A stretch of DNA of 64,000 nucleotides, from assembly GCF_008831285.2 (NCBI RefSeq), contig NC_045138.2, forward strand, positions 14,632,001-14,696,000, written 5' to 3'. This document shows, in pieces, positions 51,901 to 64,000 of the stretch. Made by a program: the position numbers and the translations under genes. The first letter of the stretch is position 1; each line of letters opens with the position of its first letter. The notes under the pieces were generated by a model that worked only from the letters and a program-made list of their open reading frames with translations, was not told the origin of the DNA and did not search any database. The DNA is from Nymphaea colorata (Eukaryota).

Positions 51901-54900
51901 ATATCAAGATATAGAACTAGTCTGTTCTACTTTATTTAAAAGATTCTTAATAAAAATAATAAATTAGATATAATTTATAATTCATACATAACTTCATTGT
52001 TTCTGTCAGACATTTAAATAAAAAATACAAAATTTGTCTACAAACAACAAAATTATCAAACAACAATGCGACCAATGACCCAATGAAAGACAAATTAATT
52101 ATTAGTCGCCCCACCCGCACCCAAGTTGTGTTGATTCCTGTGCAGTGACTGTCTTGAAGGGTTTGTGTAACTTAGACTACTTAGTTTTTTGCGGCATCTT
52201 CTTATAACAAGAAATAGACTTGCATCTGAATACACAAGCAAGCAATGAGTGTAAATTCAGTGATTCAGGAAGCTGATCAAACTGCTACTACAGCAGAAAA
52301 TTGATATTCTAATATTGAGACATTTTTTCTATGTAAAAGGTTACCTCAACAGGCCATCCGTCCACTACAAAGACATCCAGTGAATAGCCATCGGTAGTAG
52401 AGAAAACGTGTGCCTCACGGATGTTCAGCCCAATATCAGAAAGCAAAGCAGAGAGCTAGGATGCCAAGACACCCAAAAAAAAAAGGAATCAGATGAAGCA
52501 TAAAAAATCATCATTTTCACAAGTTCTGCAATTGAATCATCTTCAACTAAAGGCAAGATATTGATTGCAAGATTCAACATGCCAAAATTATTGAACTATC
52601 CCCAAGAGTTCCATAAGAGAATCATTATATTGAGCATCACAAAAATCATGATAAAATTACATAAGCATATAAATATACATCCATACGTATGTTGAATAAT
52701 ACCATATTACACAAGAAATGCACTGTTCCGAAACCCTTCTGGGTTGGGCCCCAATTTGGGTTCCAGCGAAGAACACTTAATGATGTTTTTTCCAATGTAT
52801 GAATATAAATGTGTTTCTCAATGTTTATTTACTAAAAAACATGACCTCATCAAAGTTTTGGGGAAAAAGGGGAAAGAGAAACAAGGCTCCTCAACATCCA
52901 AAATATACATTGCTACCTTGTGTGTCTTCATGCATATATATAGGATTAACAATGAAATACCTGACTAAGAAGCTTTGGCTTATCAAGGGTAGAGAATATA
53001 ATCTCATGGATGAGGACATCAGCAGCCTCTCGACTGCAAGGAAAACAAAGCAGATAAAAAATGCAGCATCAGCGACATTTAAATGAAGAGAGAAATTTAA
53101 TGAGACAAAGCACAATATAATGCAAGTAGGAAAATTAAATTACAAATGAACTAAATTTGAATTGTATCCCTAAGATAGGTATCTCAATTAGAACTAACCA
53201 AAGGCTGACAATTATGATATACAGTTGTATGCATGAGAGAAAGAGAGAGGAGAGACAAAGGTGAAAGATAGGCAGGCTAAAAAATCATCAAAACCTAGTA
53301 ACAAAAGAAGAACAAAAAATGCTTTCAAAGATGAATGCATTTGTGAGATTGGTGTTCCCTAGTCCACCTGTAAGTAACCATAATATCATTCCCACATCTC
53401 CGCACCAAGAACACTAAGATCAACATTCAATCACTTATCTGTTTTCATGTCCATTTATAACTTCATTAATGGTGATTTGACCAAATTGCATCACTTACAA
53501 CGTTCTATTTCTTCTCAGTTTCTCCTTTTCAGTAATTTCTTCAGAATTTCCGGTGCACTTAGATCTTTTCCCTTAAGGCTGCATTTGTTTTATTAGGTGG
53601 TACAGGAACCCACTTCGTCTGCAATACGTCCCACAGTCTGCAGAATTCTACCACTCATAATGCAGCTCTGCTTTGCCCTCAAAGAAGTAAAGAAAATAAA
53701 ATCTGAGCCCCACATCCTCCAGCTCCGTTTCTCCCATGGTCTCACCTATTGCAACTCTATTTCACTTAGAAATGGGAAAATTTCATAGTTAAGTCAGCAA
53801 TTTTCTGATGATTTTAACCTGAAAAAAGAAAAGGACCTAAGGACTTGAAAACACCATCCTGAAAATTAAAAATTGACACCTTGATGGTAACAATCTCCCA
53901 CTACTACACCTCTGCAGTTCACAATGACAACATCATATGATGCATGTATTACATCTGCTGTTTGACAATCTACTGAAAACCTCACAACAGCCTGAGAAAC
54001 GAACAATCATGGTCCTACTACATTTGCACTTGATAGATCATTGACCAAAGGTCCAAAACTCATTTGCCAGACATGCTGCCGTTTGACATCGTTGCCACTA
54101 TAACTCTACCTCTAACCCTTAAGTACATGGACCTTGGAAGAAAGTGAGCTAAGGCAGGTAATGGGAGTTTAGGTATCCAATGGCAAAGCCAGAATTAACA
54201 ACAGCCCAGTTCTTTACTAAAAGGGCATGTAAAATAACGACCAGTTTACCTCTCATTTCCTACAGACGTATATTTCACATTCACAAGTACTGTTTGACAA
54301 TGTCATCTGCCAGACCTTTTTCTTTTCCAGAAACACATAAACATAAATTCATAAATCCATTAATATTGCTAAGCCACATCATCCTGGAGACTAATAACTT
54401 CAGCTTCTGCCATTACCAATCACTCTACACATTGGCACCACCAAGAGCATTACAGCGATTTACAAGTGAACATCATCTTTATAATTAATCTTTGCAATCC
54501 CAGTGAGCAAATCATAATGATCATACTACTTTTTCCAAAAGTCGTTATAAAACTCACATTGAGTAACTACTTCACAAAAGATGTACTACACATACTCATT
54601 GTACTTGAAGCTTCCAGCTTTCTCAGTTACAGCAGACTACACGTAGCAACCCGTTTTTACTGCAGATAACAGGATCCAAAAGAGTAGATTTTTTCACGGA
54701 TGTTACATTCTTAGAGAAGGAATTCTTAGTTTTGCAAGGTAGAATGTAGTAATGTAATTATATGTACATAAAAATATAAAAGTACATCTAAAACAGAAAC
54801 CATAAATTCTAAATTTTGTAAGGTAACAAAGCAAATATATGTATATAAAATATACAAAAATACTTAGTCAAACAGAAAACACAACTGCAAAGTTTTCTGA

Positions 54901-57900
54901 ATGGGCAATGGAAACTTGTCCTGAGCTACATGACTTGCAAACTAATAAAATATGAAGCTCGGTCATAGTGCTAAAGATGATTCCATAGGATTGAAAAGCT
55001 ACATGGATTAGTGCCCCAAAAACCATAACAGGATTGCCTAGTCAGATGTCACACCACCTTCCTGTATGTGTTCCAGTTGGAAATCTTCCATCTCCATTCT
55101 GTAAACACTGCCTTGTGTCTAAGTTCAAGTCTTCAAGCTTTGAGCAAGGTTCAAATACGACCTCATGTTTCCTGATCAACTCAATAGAGTAGTACCAAGT
55201 ATCAATAAATACTCTTGCAAACAAACCACCATAGTCCAGCTAAAACACAACTATGAATTTCATTCATTGAACACAGAGCTTTTCTGATCAACTTTTTCTC
55301 TTCCCAAAAGTAGAAGATAAAAACGAACAGTTATTATGCACTTAATGAACAATCTGTACGACTGAATACCTTCTATTTGATTGCATGCCTTCTTCAGGTT
55401 CAGCACAATTACATCCACTTGTGCAAGAAACATCTTTTACACACTGTTGTGGAATATCTTCAGTGTCCAATCTACTTGTGATATGCTGATAGATATAACA
55501 TTTAATTAAATAAAAGAAACATTAATTGAATAATGACAGCACTGTTATAAAGATAAAAATTAAACTCAAATTTCATAGAAAGCAATTGTGAATGTATGTC
55601 TATGTGTGTAAGGTCACAATTCACAATAATTATAGTTCGTTCATAATGCCCACATATGCCCAAAAAAAAAATCCTTTCTTTAAGACATACTAGTGATTAT
55701 CATCTAGAGTACCAAAACAAAGCAACAGTAAGAACATGTTCCATGTCAACCAAAGATTTGAAACAAAACAAGAGTTCAGAAAGCAATCTCAAGTGAAAAC
55801 CTTCTCATTGACACAAGCACGTTGGACACATGTAACAATCCAACTACAGGATATGAAATGCAAGCAAAGTTGCAAACTTTCCTTAAATACCAATTGGAGA
55901 AAAAAAAAATAAAAGAAAGATTTTTGGACTGATGGTCAGAGAAAGAGAGAGAGAGAGATGAAGACATCCTTGTGTCCTTTTCCCATGCTTAAGAGATAAG
56001 AGAGATAGTAGTGTACATGCATAGATACAAACTAACAGGTACCAGTCACCCCAGTATCTTCAACACATTCAGTATGCAATTGCAGAAACTTATCATACTT
56101 TTGTTTTGACATAATTGTACATGCTGAAACTTAAGAAAACATGAAGATGAATGGTTCTCACTATCTAAAGCATTTATTCTTGTTATACTTCCCCCACCAT
56201 GTGGAGTGCATGTAAAAGATATACTGCATCAGTCACTCGACTTGATGGGTAAGATAGGACATGTTAATGAACTGAACTTATCTACTCCTCTGCAATGAGT
56301 GGCCCGTATCAAGCTTGTACAAGCTCTTCAAATGAGCTCATGAGTAAAGTAATAACCACGTTATGCAGGATATTTATGCGAGATGAGCATGAACTGCAGG
56401 AGTTATCTTCAATTAAGTCAGTAGGTTTGGAGGGGCACATATGTTTCCCTCTGGAGTCTGTGCCAGAATCAGCATGACAGTTCATGCTTGTTAAGCTTAA
56501 GTCAAGGTTTATTCTGACTATGTATTAGGGAATAAAAAATGCCATCGTTTCTATTCCAAGAAGCCAACTCAAGGTTGGCTCCAGTGGATTGGGCATATAG
56601 AAGCTTGATATAGGTTTAATTAGCTTTAGCTAGGAAGCAGGCTAAACTGGGTGTTGATGATCTTGCCAGAAAATACACTTTTAGCTTGTGAACAACTGAA
56701 CATGCATAGTAGCCCATGAGAACAAGTGACAGTTCCATTTCACAACTCTCACATATAACCACCATTTGCAAGAAGAATACGCTCAAGGCATACTAGGTTT
56801 CATCCTAGCTCTCTTTGCATAGAATTGACACTTGACAAGTGATTGCCAAGGTTCCAGCAGATAATGCATGCTAAGACACCTCTACTGTGTATACCACCAA
56901 ACTGAATCTACCTTCAACCTTTTCCTGTTTGAAGATGCCCTTAATATTAGTGACAAACAGAATCATGCTTGGATGCATCACAAGGGCTCCAGTCTTCCCT
57001 AACTCTTCCTTGAAACAACTAATGGGTGGTCTAATAAAAAAAGAGCCATCCTACTCATCAAATCTGAACCAAATGCCTTCCTTTATACGACCACACAGCT
57101 TTGTGTTTTTTCTAGTCATGGATGCAGCCATATCAAAATATTTGTTTAAAATCTTTAGATATAGCCACTAAAATCAGTTCAAACCTATTTTGTTGTATAT
57201 TGTACAGCTTTAAAGATTGGTTGGTTAAAAAGGTCATGTTCAGTTTTGGGTTTCTCTATACTTTTCTTTTCCTTCCCAAGCAAATGCTATACCAGTTGGA
57301 CTTCCTTACAGGTAAGGTACATCCAGTACTAGGTATGTATGTGTGAAAGGATTTCTTCATTTGCCTGAGTCTCTGAATTTTAACCAGGTACCACCCGATT
57401 CTGTAGGATTTGATGTTGCAATACTGACGTCAGAAAGAAATCCAGCAAAAGGACGTTCTAGTTAGGACTTCTGATTAGAAAAGAAAGACAAGCAAGAAAA
57501 GCCAAAATCCTTCGGTTTGTAAATTAGACAAGGGTGATCATCCTCAATCCTTGAAGAAGCACAGCACTCACAAGTCTAGTGAATCAAATTATGAATATAA
57601 GAGAACAGACATGTAAAAAATGGATCAGCAGGAAGCTGAAGAACAATTACTGTAAAAACAGGACTGGATGTCTTGAGTCTTGCGCCAAGTTATAGTCCAA
57701 AAGTAAGGCATGCCAATAGAACCAGAACTTGGAAAGGTACTCCAGGTATTTGAACTTGATCCCCTTAAATTTACATCAGAGAGTAAGCTCCCATTCTAAA
57801 CACATGTAGAGGGGAAGACATTGCGCTCATGAAAATGTACTTTGCAATTGGCACTGAAGAAGAAAACTTGATGAAAATCTCTAGTCCTGCATACAAATTA

Positions 57901-60900
57901 CAGCATGTGCCCTGACTATGACAAAGCCACCACACGGATGAGCTATTGGATAGAAAAGCTCTAGATACTTCATCACAAAATCTTCCAAGTAGCAGTAGAA
58001 AATCTCTGATCCTGCATACAAATTACAGCATGTGCCCCGACTATGACAAAACCACATGGATGAGCTACTGCCTACTGGATAGAAAAGCTCTAGATCCTTC
58101 ATCTCAAAATCTTCCAAGTAGCAGTAAACAATGTCCATGCACCCAGTATGTCCATTGCATTGGGAACAAGCTAATCTGAATTGCCCAGTTCGCCAACATG
58201 TAAGATTTTATTATCTGAATTCATCCTTTTTGCTTTCTCATATCACCATCTTCATTATCTCCTCTCCCCAGAGCTGAAACCCCTTGCAATTTTGTCATTT
58301 GTTTGACGGGGTTGCTTTGTTGTTTGTTCAGGTTTTCCTCAAGTTTACCCTCTAAAAGGAAGACCGTCTTCATGAAAATTTTACGTGTGTGGTGTGTGTG
58401 TGAACAAGCAGCAGAGACATAAAGGCACTAAAAGGCAATTAGAAGGTGTATTGTAATGTGTATCAATTAGGCTGACCTATATGCCATATTGTTAAATCAT
58501 AATGTATTGTGAACGTATCATAAAATTATTTTTTATTAATAAAAAATATTAAAAATAGAGAAAAATTAGAAAAAAATCATGATAAATGTGTTCTATTACT
58601 CTATATAAAAAACTCATCACACACATAATGAGCGTTCATGATTCATCAATCATAAGACATAATAAGTTAACAACACATTAAGAAGATAAACCAAATATCT
58701 TCATAAAGTGAACAAAAACCTATAATGACAATAAGCTTTAGAAAACAATAGATGCATACAGTAAAGATTGGAAGCGAGAGATTGTATACTTTTTGTAGAA
58801 AAAAGAAACACAAAAGCCCTCTTTTTTCAAATACAAATGGGCTTTCCACTAGTAAATCTCCCTTCGAACCGGCGATTTCTCCCTCAAATCGACAATTTAT
58901 TGGTGTCTCTTCAAAACAATTAAAAGCTTCTTGTCTCAAAGCCCCTAGAAGTGTTAAAAATGAAGGGTGAGAGGTGGTTTTGAAAATGAATTCGCCAAAA
59001 GGGACATTGGGCCCCTTTTCTAAAACTTGCACTATATCATACAATATAGGCGCTATCGGCCATATCATATCATATAGCAGCTGTATGTTACGATACGTTC
59101 GATGCACGTATGATTTACAGGGAAAATGCATATAGGTGTATCATATAGGTTTTGCCTACCTATACGATACATATTGTATCATACGCCTCCATATTGTACG
59201 ATACAGATATTGTATCATACGCCTCCATATTGTACGATACAGATACCACCAACTAGAACTACTAATTTAAGTCATTTATTTTGTTATTTCCCAAAATGCA
59301 GATGGATTTTCTTGCAAACCCAAAATCATTCAGTCATCTGCATGTGCATTCATGATCACATCAATCTCTGTTTGTGATCCTGCCACAATTGGATTGTAAC
59401 TTGCTGCCAACAAATTACTATCACTCACATCCACCTACTTCTCATGAGTTCCACACCCAGCATAACAGTTCTCTTTGCACTTTATCCAGAAAGTTGAAAA
59501 GAGAAGTCTACCATTCGTCTAAAAAGATCTTCTATGAGCAAGAATTTCAATCTCCAAAAGAACAAGAAATTGAGCCCTGGAAACATACATAAATTTTGTT
59601 AAAAAATCCACCTTCTATAAAACACTAACCTCCACAAAGCGAGCATGAATGACAGGCCGTTTATTTGGTTTCCTTGCATCAGAAAGTATCTTTCGATGTA
59701 GCAAGACATCCTCCACTCTATCCAGGTTGACATCTAGTGCATAACTAAATAAGAGAAGATCAATTGTCAAATTTGATAAAAAGAACCGTGCAGAATATAT
59801 GAGAAGCTAGGTATATGTGACAAGACAATCAGAAAATCTAGAAATATTTAAAAGCAACTGAACAGATAGGTGATCAATAGTGAAAGTAAGCAATCAATAG
59901 ACTAGACGAAAACTATAATGCCAATATTGCAGAAGGGCTGGGGCATGGTTAGAAAGGGGTTAAGGAGCTTGCTTTCAATAACTGAAAACACATCTTCATC
60001 AGCTTTGCAGTATTCGTAGAGCATTTTTTTTTTTTAATTCTTCGACCTGAAAAGAAGTGAAAAAAAAGTCCAGATATGCTACATATAGTAACATATGAGA
60101 ATACAAAAAACAGAAGAAAACACAAAGAGAATATCCTGATGGTACAACGAATAAATTATCTATTTTTTTCACCATCTTACTCGCCGTAAGAGACATAAGA
60201 CCAACCTTAAGACAAAACTCGGTATTTGTTGCACGATCCTGTTATCGGAAAAATCTCCACAATGAAAATCCCAAGATAAATCCAAAAATGTTAAGCAAAA
60301 AACAGAAAGCCGTGGAAGGCTTTCTTGGACAAATTTATCTGGAGACGGGGCCCACTTACTCCAGTATAGCACCAGAGGGTGAGGTGTGACTCTCAAGCGG
60401 GCGGGCAATCAGGGACGCCAAACCATGGCCAACAGCTAGTAGCGATATGTTAGTCGCCAGACGGGCAACAAATGTCAGCCCATATAAAAAGTATAAGATA
60501 TAGGGCGTAAGCTCAGCGGGCATCACCTGCATTTCTTGAGCTCTATCACGGACTCATAGTCAGCTTTTACCAAGTAATGTATTGAGTGTGACAGGGCTCA
60601 ACCTTTTGCTGTTAAGGCAATTGATACTTCTGAGGTCAAAAATCCCACAATGATTTCCTTTTTTGGGTGAACGAAGATTAAAGTGTCGGCAGTCGACTAG
60701 ATCCTCTTAACAAGAAGACTTGGTATACAGTACTCTCATGAACCAGTTGGAAGATCAGAAAAGAGTCTAGGTATCACCCAGAAACCTTACAATTTTAACA
60801 GTTTCGAACTTGAGTCTTCTAGCTTTTTTAGCTGCTGATTGACAATAATGTATACATATAGCCACACAACGACTACATCTGTGAAATCAAATTTTTCTTA

Positions 60901-61453
60901 GTCCCGAGATAATGAAAAAAGGTATATAACCAACTTGATTTCTCCTCCAGTAAACTTCTCATCAATTAAACCAAGCATTTATATTCATTTTCATGCAGTT
61001 CTCTTCTCCAACTATGATTCCAACAACCACGCGAACCATAATTATAACCATCGAAGATATTGGAAAGGATATCGGCAACCCATTTCTTGCTTTCAAATCT
61101 CTGATCAACACGTTCAACTCCCCTCCCGAATTATTCCATCAACCAATTCAAAAAAAAATTAAAATTGAAAACAACACGCAGCCATCGTATGGACTAAAAA
61201 GCTCCAATAGAACTTCAAAAAGATGGTCCGAACTCGAAAATCAAAGAAGTGCAAGAAATTCAAGAACCACATACCTCGGTGGTAATCTACTGAAATGCGC
61301 ATCCAACTGCTCGCGGAAACCTGGATCGCTCGCTGCATCGTTCCCGTCCTCCACAAGCCTCCGGTAAACATCATCCCTGACATCAAGAAGATGCGGAGAA
61401 GCAGCCGCTCTAGGAGGCGACGAGCTCTCTCCCACTTCCTCCACAAACTCCAT
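42301..61453 (-). CDS. ACT-domain Ser/Thr/Tyr protein kinase, STY8/STY17/STY46 family (Raf-like MAPKKK group C), about 16 exons, about 547 aa
   Basis: Exons 61453-61275, 59744-59630, 55485-55370, 55171-55058, 53033-52961, 52455-52345, 50669-50619, 49033-48897, 48798-48691, 47428-47355, 46990-46815, 46232-46137, 43649-43569, 43436-43386, 42546-42412 and tentative last exon 42327-42301 (VTLNSCMT*). Phases are consistent. Motifs: [24 protein letters not shown] domain [94 protein letters not shown]. The last exon is uncertain. Confidence 0.94.
45625..46057 (-). mobile_element. Degenerate TRIM-like / miniature LTR retroelement in a kinase intron
   Basis: Two diverged direct repeats (about 45635-45780 and 45897-46057) share TGGCCCATTCC, CAGCTTTGG, AACGGCTAT, CACTTAACAACCC..TTATAAGTC and CAAAATTTCTCACAATCTTAGATACG. 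Between them GATACCACTTGTCA reads on the minus strand as an LTR end TGACA plus the tRNA-iMet PBS core TGGTATC. Confidence 0.6.
49413..49502. repeat. Tandem duplication, 45 bp x 2 (one mismatch)
   Basis: TGAACCTTTTTCATGTCTGTAGCAAAACCAATTC(T/C)TAGAAATTAA at 49413 and 49458. Confidence 0.93.
56640..57120 (-). mobile_element. Decayed Ty3/gypsy RT-connection/RNase H remnant in kinase intron 2
   Basis: Interrupted minus-strand frames give FFIRPPI...[19 protein letters not shown] and, further on, [16 protein letters not shown]. These loosely resemble YL..PPIL, IGA.L.QE..EG....VYY and LYFAC.KLRHYLLA. Confidence 0.3.
57873..58126. repeat. Tandem duplication, about 125 bp x 2
   Basis: GAAAATCTCT..TCCTGCATACAAATTACAGCATGTGCCC.GACTATGACAAA...GGATAGAAAAGCTCTAGAT.CTTCATC.CAAAATCTTCCAAGTAGCAGTA occurs twice, starting at about 57873 and about 57998. 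Confidence 0.9.
58440..59250. mobile_element. Non-autonomous DNA transposon-like remnant with GTATC/GATAC subterminal repeats, including a 36-bp x 2 tandem repeat at 59171-59245
   Basis: GTATT/GTATC motifs cluster at the left end and TACGATAC/GTATC motifs at the right end. ATATTGTATCATACGCCTCCATATTGTACGATACAG is repeated at 59171 and 59207. Boundaries are approximate. Confidence 0.45.
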
Positions 61454-61671
61454 CTCCCCGAAGAACAATCACAGCTAGAAAAGGAAAACCCAGACCAGTC
61501 CCTAAGATCTTTCCATCTCGCAGGAAAACAATAAGAAAGAAAAAAAAAATCCCGAATCTTCCGTCACAAAAAAAAAACACGAGTTCCGGACGATCAAGAG
61601 CCCAAAAAAACTCCCGCAAAATTCCACCAAACCGGAAGCCGAAAAACTAGGAAAAGAAGTAGAACTCTAAA

Positions 61672-61680
61672 TTAGGGTTT
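61672..61680 (-). promoter_or_regulatory. Telo-box (AAACCCTAA) in the kinase 5' leader region
   Basis: TTAGGGTTT on the + strand, about 220 nt upstream of the kinase ATG. Similar boxes occur at about 39416 (WDR48 5' region), about 7011 (upstream of LSm3) and about 21532. Confidence 0.5.
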
Positions 61681-62329
61681 TCTGAGGTCAGCAAGAAGGA
61701 GAAGGAAGAGGAGAGAGGGATCTTTGACGGTTTGAGGAATCTGAACGCGAGGTGAATCTCTGGAAGGGGCCCCTCATTGCGTCGGATGACTCCATTTACT
61801 ATTTGCAGAGATAGCGAGGAGAGAGAGAGAGAAGAAGAAGATGGTCGCTACCAGAGGCGTAATTTTCTGATATCTCTATGTCCAAAGCCGGCATCGCGTC
61901 ATGTTCTCTCCCTTGCTCAAGGCGGTGTCGGCGAGGGCAAAAGGGGAAAGATCGACGGTACGAACACTCATGAGGACAACTCCGTCCGAACCCCAAGATC
62001 TTGACGGTTAAATCGACGGGACATGACCTTAAACGCCGTTTAGATACCGTTAATTGTGGTTTCATTGGTAATTAATGCATTTCCTGAGGGCCATAAGCGG
62101 GATGGGCGGTCTATTCCGACGAGGCAGTTATCTTATCCACACAGGCGTTACTCGTTAATAAAGAAAAGATAAAATTTTTAATGACTAATTTACCCCCAAT
62201 TAGAATTAAAATGCGTAATGGGTTGGGTTTCGGCCTTTTGCTGACAAAGGAGCGGGTCGGATCGTGACGCTTAACTGAATCCATTTGTCTAGGTCCAGCG
62301 GCTTCCATACAAGAAAAGGAAAACACCAT

Positions 62330-63310
62330 ATCCAGATAGATATGGATCTCTCGGTAACATGTTCATAAATGTCCGAAATCTAATCTGGATCATGGTATCT
62401 ATCAGTATCTTGCATCTGATCCAATTCAGGCCGTTCTTAAAACCCGGAACATATTGCCAAGTTAGCTACAAAGAACAATCGGGAACTGTTTGTCTTGCGT
62501 GTGAATATCGGGGCAACCAAGATCTGTTTATAGTCTCCGTTCATCTACTGGTGGGATCTGGATCCCGGTCCAAATTCAATAAAGCACTGCAATCGAATGA
62601 GGTGATTAATCTGATTAGATCCATTGCCGAATAACGCAACATCCAAACGAGGACCTGATCCACAGGTCCAGATCTCACAAGATGGATCCGAGCCAACGTA
62701 GGCGGGACCCTTTTCCATCCCACTTCCCTCTAATCACGGAATACAATGTGAAGTGGATCCAGCTCAGATTCTACTGACAATTTCCAGTAATTACGGTGTA
62801 GCAGGATTGACCGGAGCACATCATTATGGATCTGGATCTGGATCTTCGATTATCCTGATATCTGTCCTTCGTGGCAGCGCTCTTTAAATCCAAATCTTGC
62901 AACGAGATGCGCGTCTGGCAGCAGGCAGAATGCGACCAAGTTCGTGATCTCAGTGTCAGAGAATACTTGCTTTATACCAATTAAGCATCGACCAATTTTT
63001 TGGATTTTGTAAGTTCAGGAACTTATGCCAAGTCGGAATTTCCAAAGATTCGCCAATTTTAGTACATTGACCAAAATCTCCCTCAGCTAGGCTTATCCAA
63101 ATTTTCGCAAAGCTTAATGACCGAACTGCCCCTTTCCCTACATGGCCCACCTAACCACCCAGTTCGGAATAAAAATATTAGCTGCGGACTTGGATCCATT
63201 ATCCGAAATGGGTTTTATGGTTCATCACACCTGGACTCGTGTCCAGATCCAGATGTGAGCAAACCTAGTGAAGGAAACTTAATGGGCTATCTAGAGCAAG
63301 ATCCGTAAAT
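62330..63310. mobile_element. Decayed DNA-transposon remnant(s) rich in GGATCC/GGATCT/AGATCC motifs
   Basis: Dense short GGATCY and RGATCC motifs in both orientations (e.g. GGATCTGGATCCCGG, GGATCTGGATCTGGATCT, TCCAGATCCAGAT), typical of subterminal repeat arrays. No TIR or TSD resolved. Confidence 0.4.
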
Positions 63311-64000
63311 CAAATTTCTTTTCAAGTAATCGCTTGTATAAGATTTGTAATTTTAAAAAAATAAAATAAAATAAAATAAACCGAGTTTAAACTGAATCGG
63401 ATCTATTTAAGTATGAGCAAATCCTGTTAGGTCGGTCAATCCTTAGTAGTCAAACGCGCTGTCCTTGTGCCCCACTTGGGTACTGCGCATTATACCTCGG
63501 CGGGGGGCTAAGAACCTAACTCAAGGATATCCATAAATATTTAAATCAATTAAAAATATTGATATTAATATAGTATAAACACAAATTTTAAATGTTTAAA
63601 TAATTAAAAATGGTGGGATCAATATAATATTATAGTTTGATTAATTAGTTATAAATTGATGTCTATGAGAATCTGTGCATATTCTTGTGGATACTCTAAC
63701 AAGGCCATCAATTATATTATTCGCATTTTTTAAGATTAAATGGGATAACAAATAGGTAATAAGTGAAATTAAAATATATTCAAGATTTTACTTTGAAAAA
63801 TAAAGAGAAACTTTTAACGTGTAATTGGATAAGGACCAAAGATAATGATGTTTGTCATCCTTATCGCATTTTTTTTATCGGTTTTTATATCCATTGGTCC
63901 ATTGATGGATGACAGGCCATGTGCAGCCATTGGGCGTCCCACCAAGACTTTCATTATGGCACGGTAGGCCCCCCGGGTTGAAGTCCTGACCAACTTGCTG

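Noticed and set aside
58667..59131. 154-aa minus-strand ORF in kinase intron 2
   Set aside because: No recognisable domain; lies inside a probable non-autonomous transposon remnant.
60240..60593. Possible solo LTR (TGTTA...TGACA with a TATA-like motif)
   Set aside because: No matching 4-6 bp TSD on the candidate ends; boundaries unsupported.

Overview
Flowering-plant nuclear DNA: AT-rich, GT-AG introns, many (AT)n/(AG)n microsatellites and decayed transposons. I reconstructed six protein-coding loci by hand from splice sites and translation. They are the first exon of a BolA2-like gene (-, runs off the left edge), LSm3 (-, 3 exons), an Mpo1/DUF962 2-hydroxy-fatty-acid dioxygenase-like gene (-, 4 exons), an intronless-CDS trihelix (GT-gamma type) transcription factor (+), WDR48/LRS1 (-, 17 coding exons) and an ACT-domain STY8/17/46-type Raf-like kinase (-, about 16 exons over 19 kb). 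The best non-genic items are a plastid-derived trnE(UUC) pseudogene with its plastid promoter inside WDR48 intron 2, a TRIM-like mini-retroelement in a kinase intron, two Tourist-like MITEs with TAA flanks, decayed RT/RNase H remnants and many local two-copy tandem duplications. I found no convincing wholly novel biological system. Most short ORFs in the supplied track are spurious. All coordinates were read by eye and homology calls come from recalled family motifs, not database searches.
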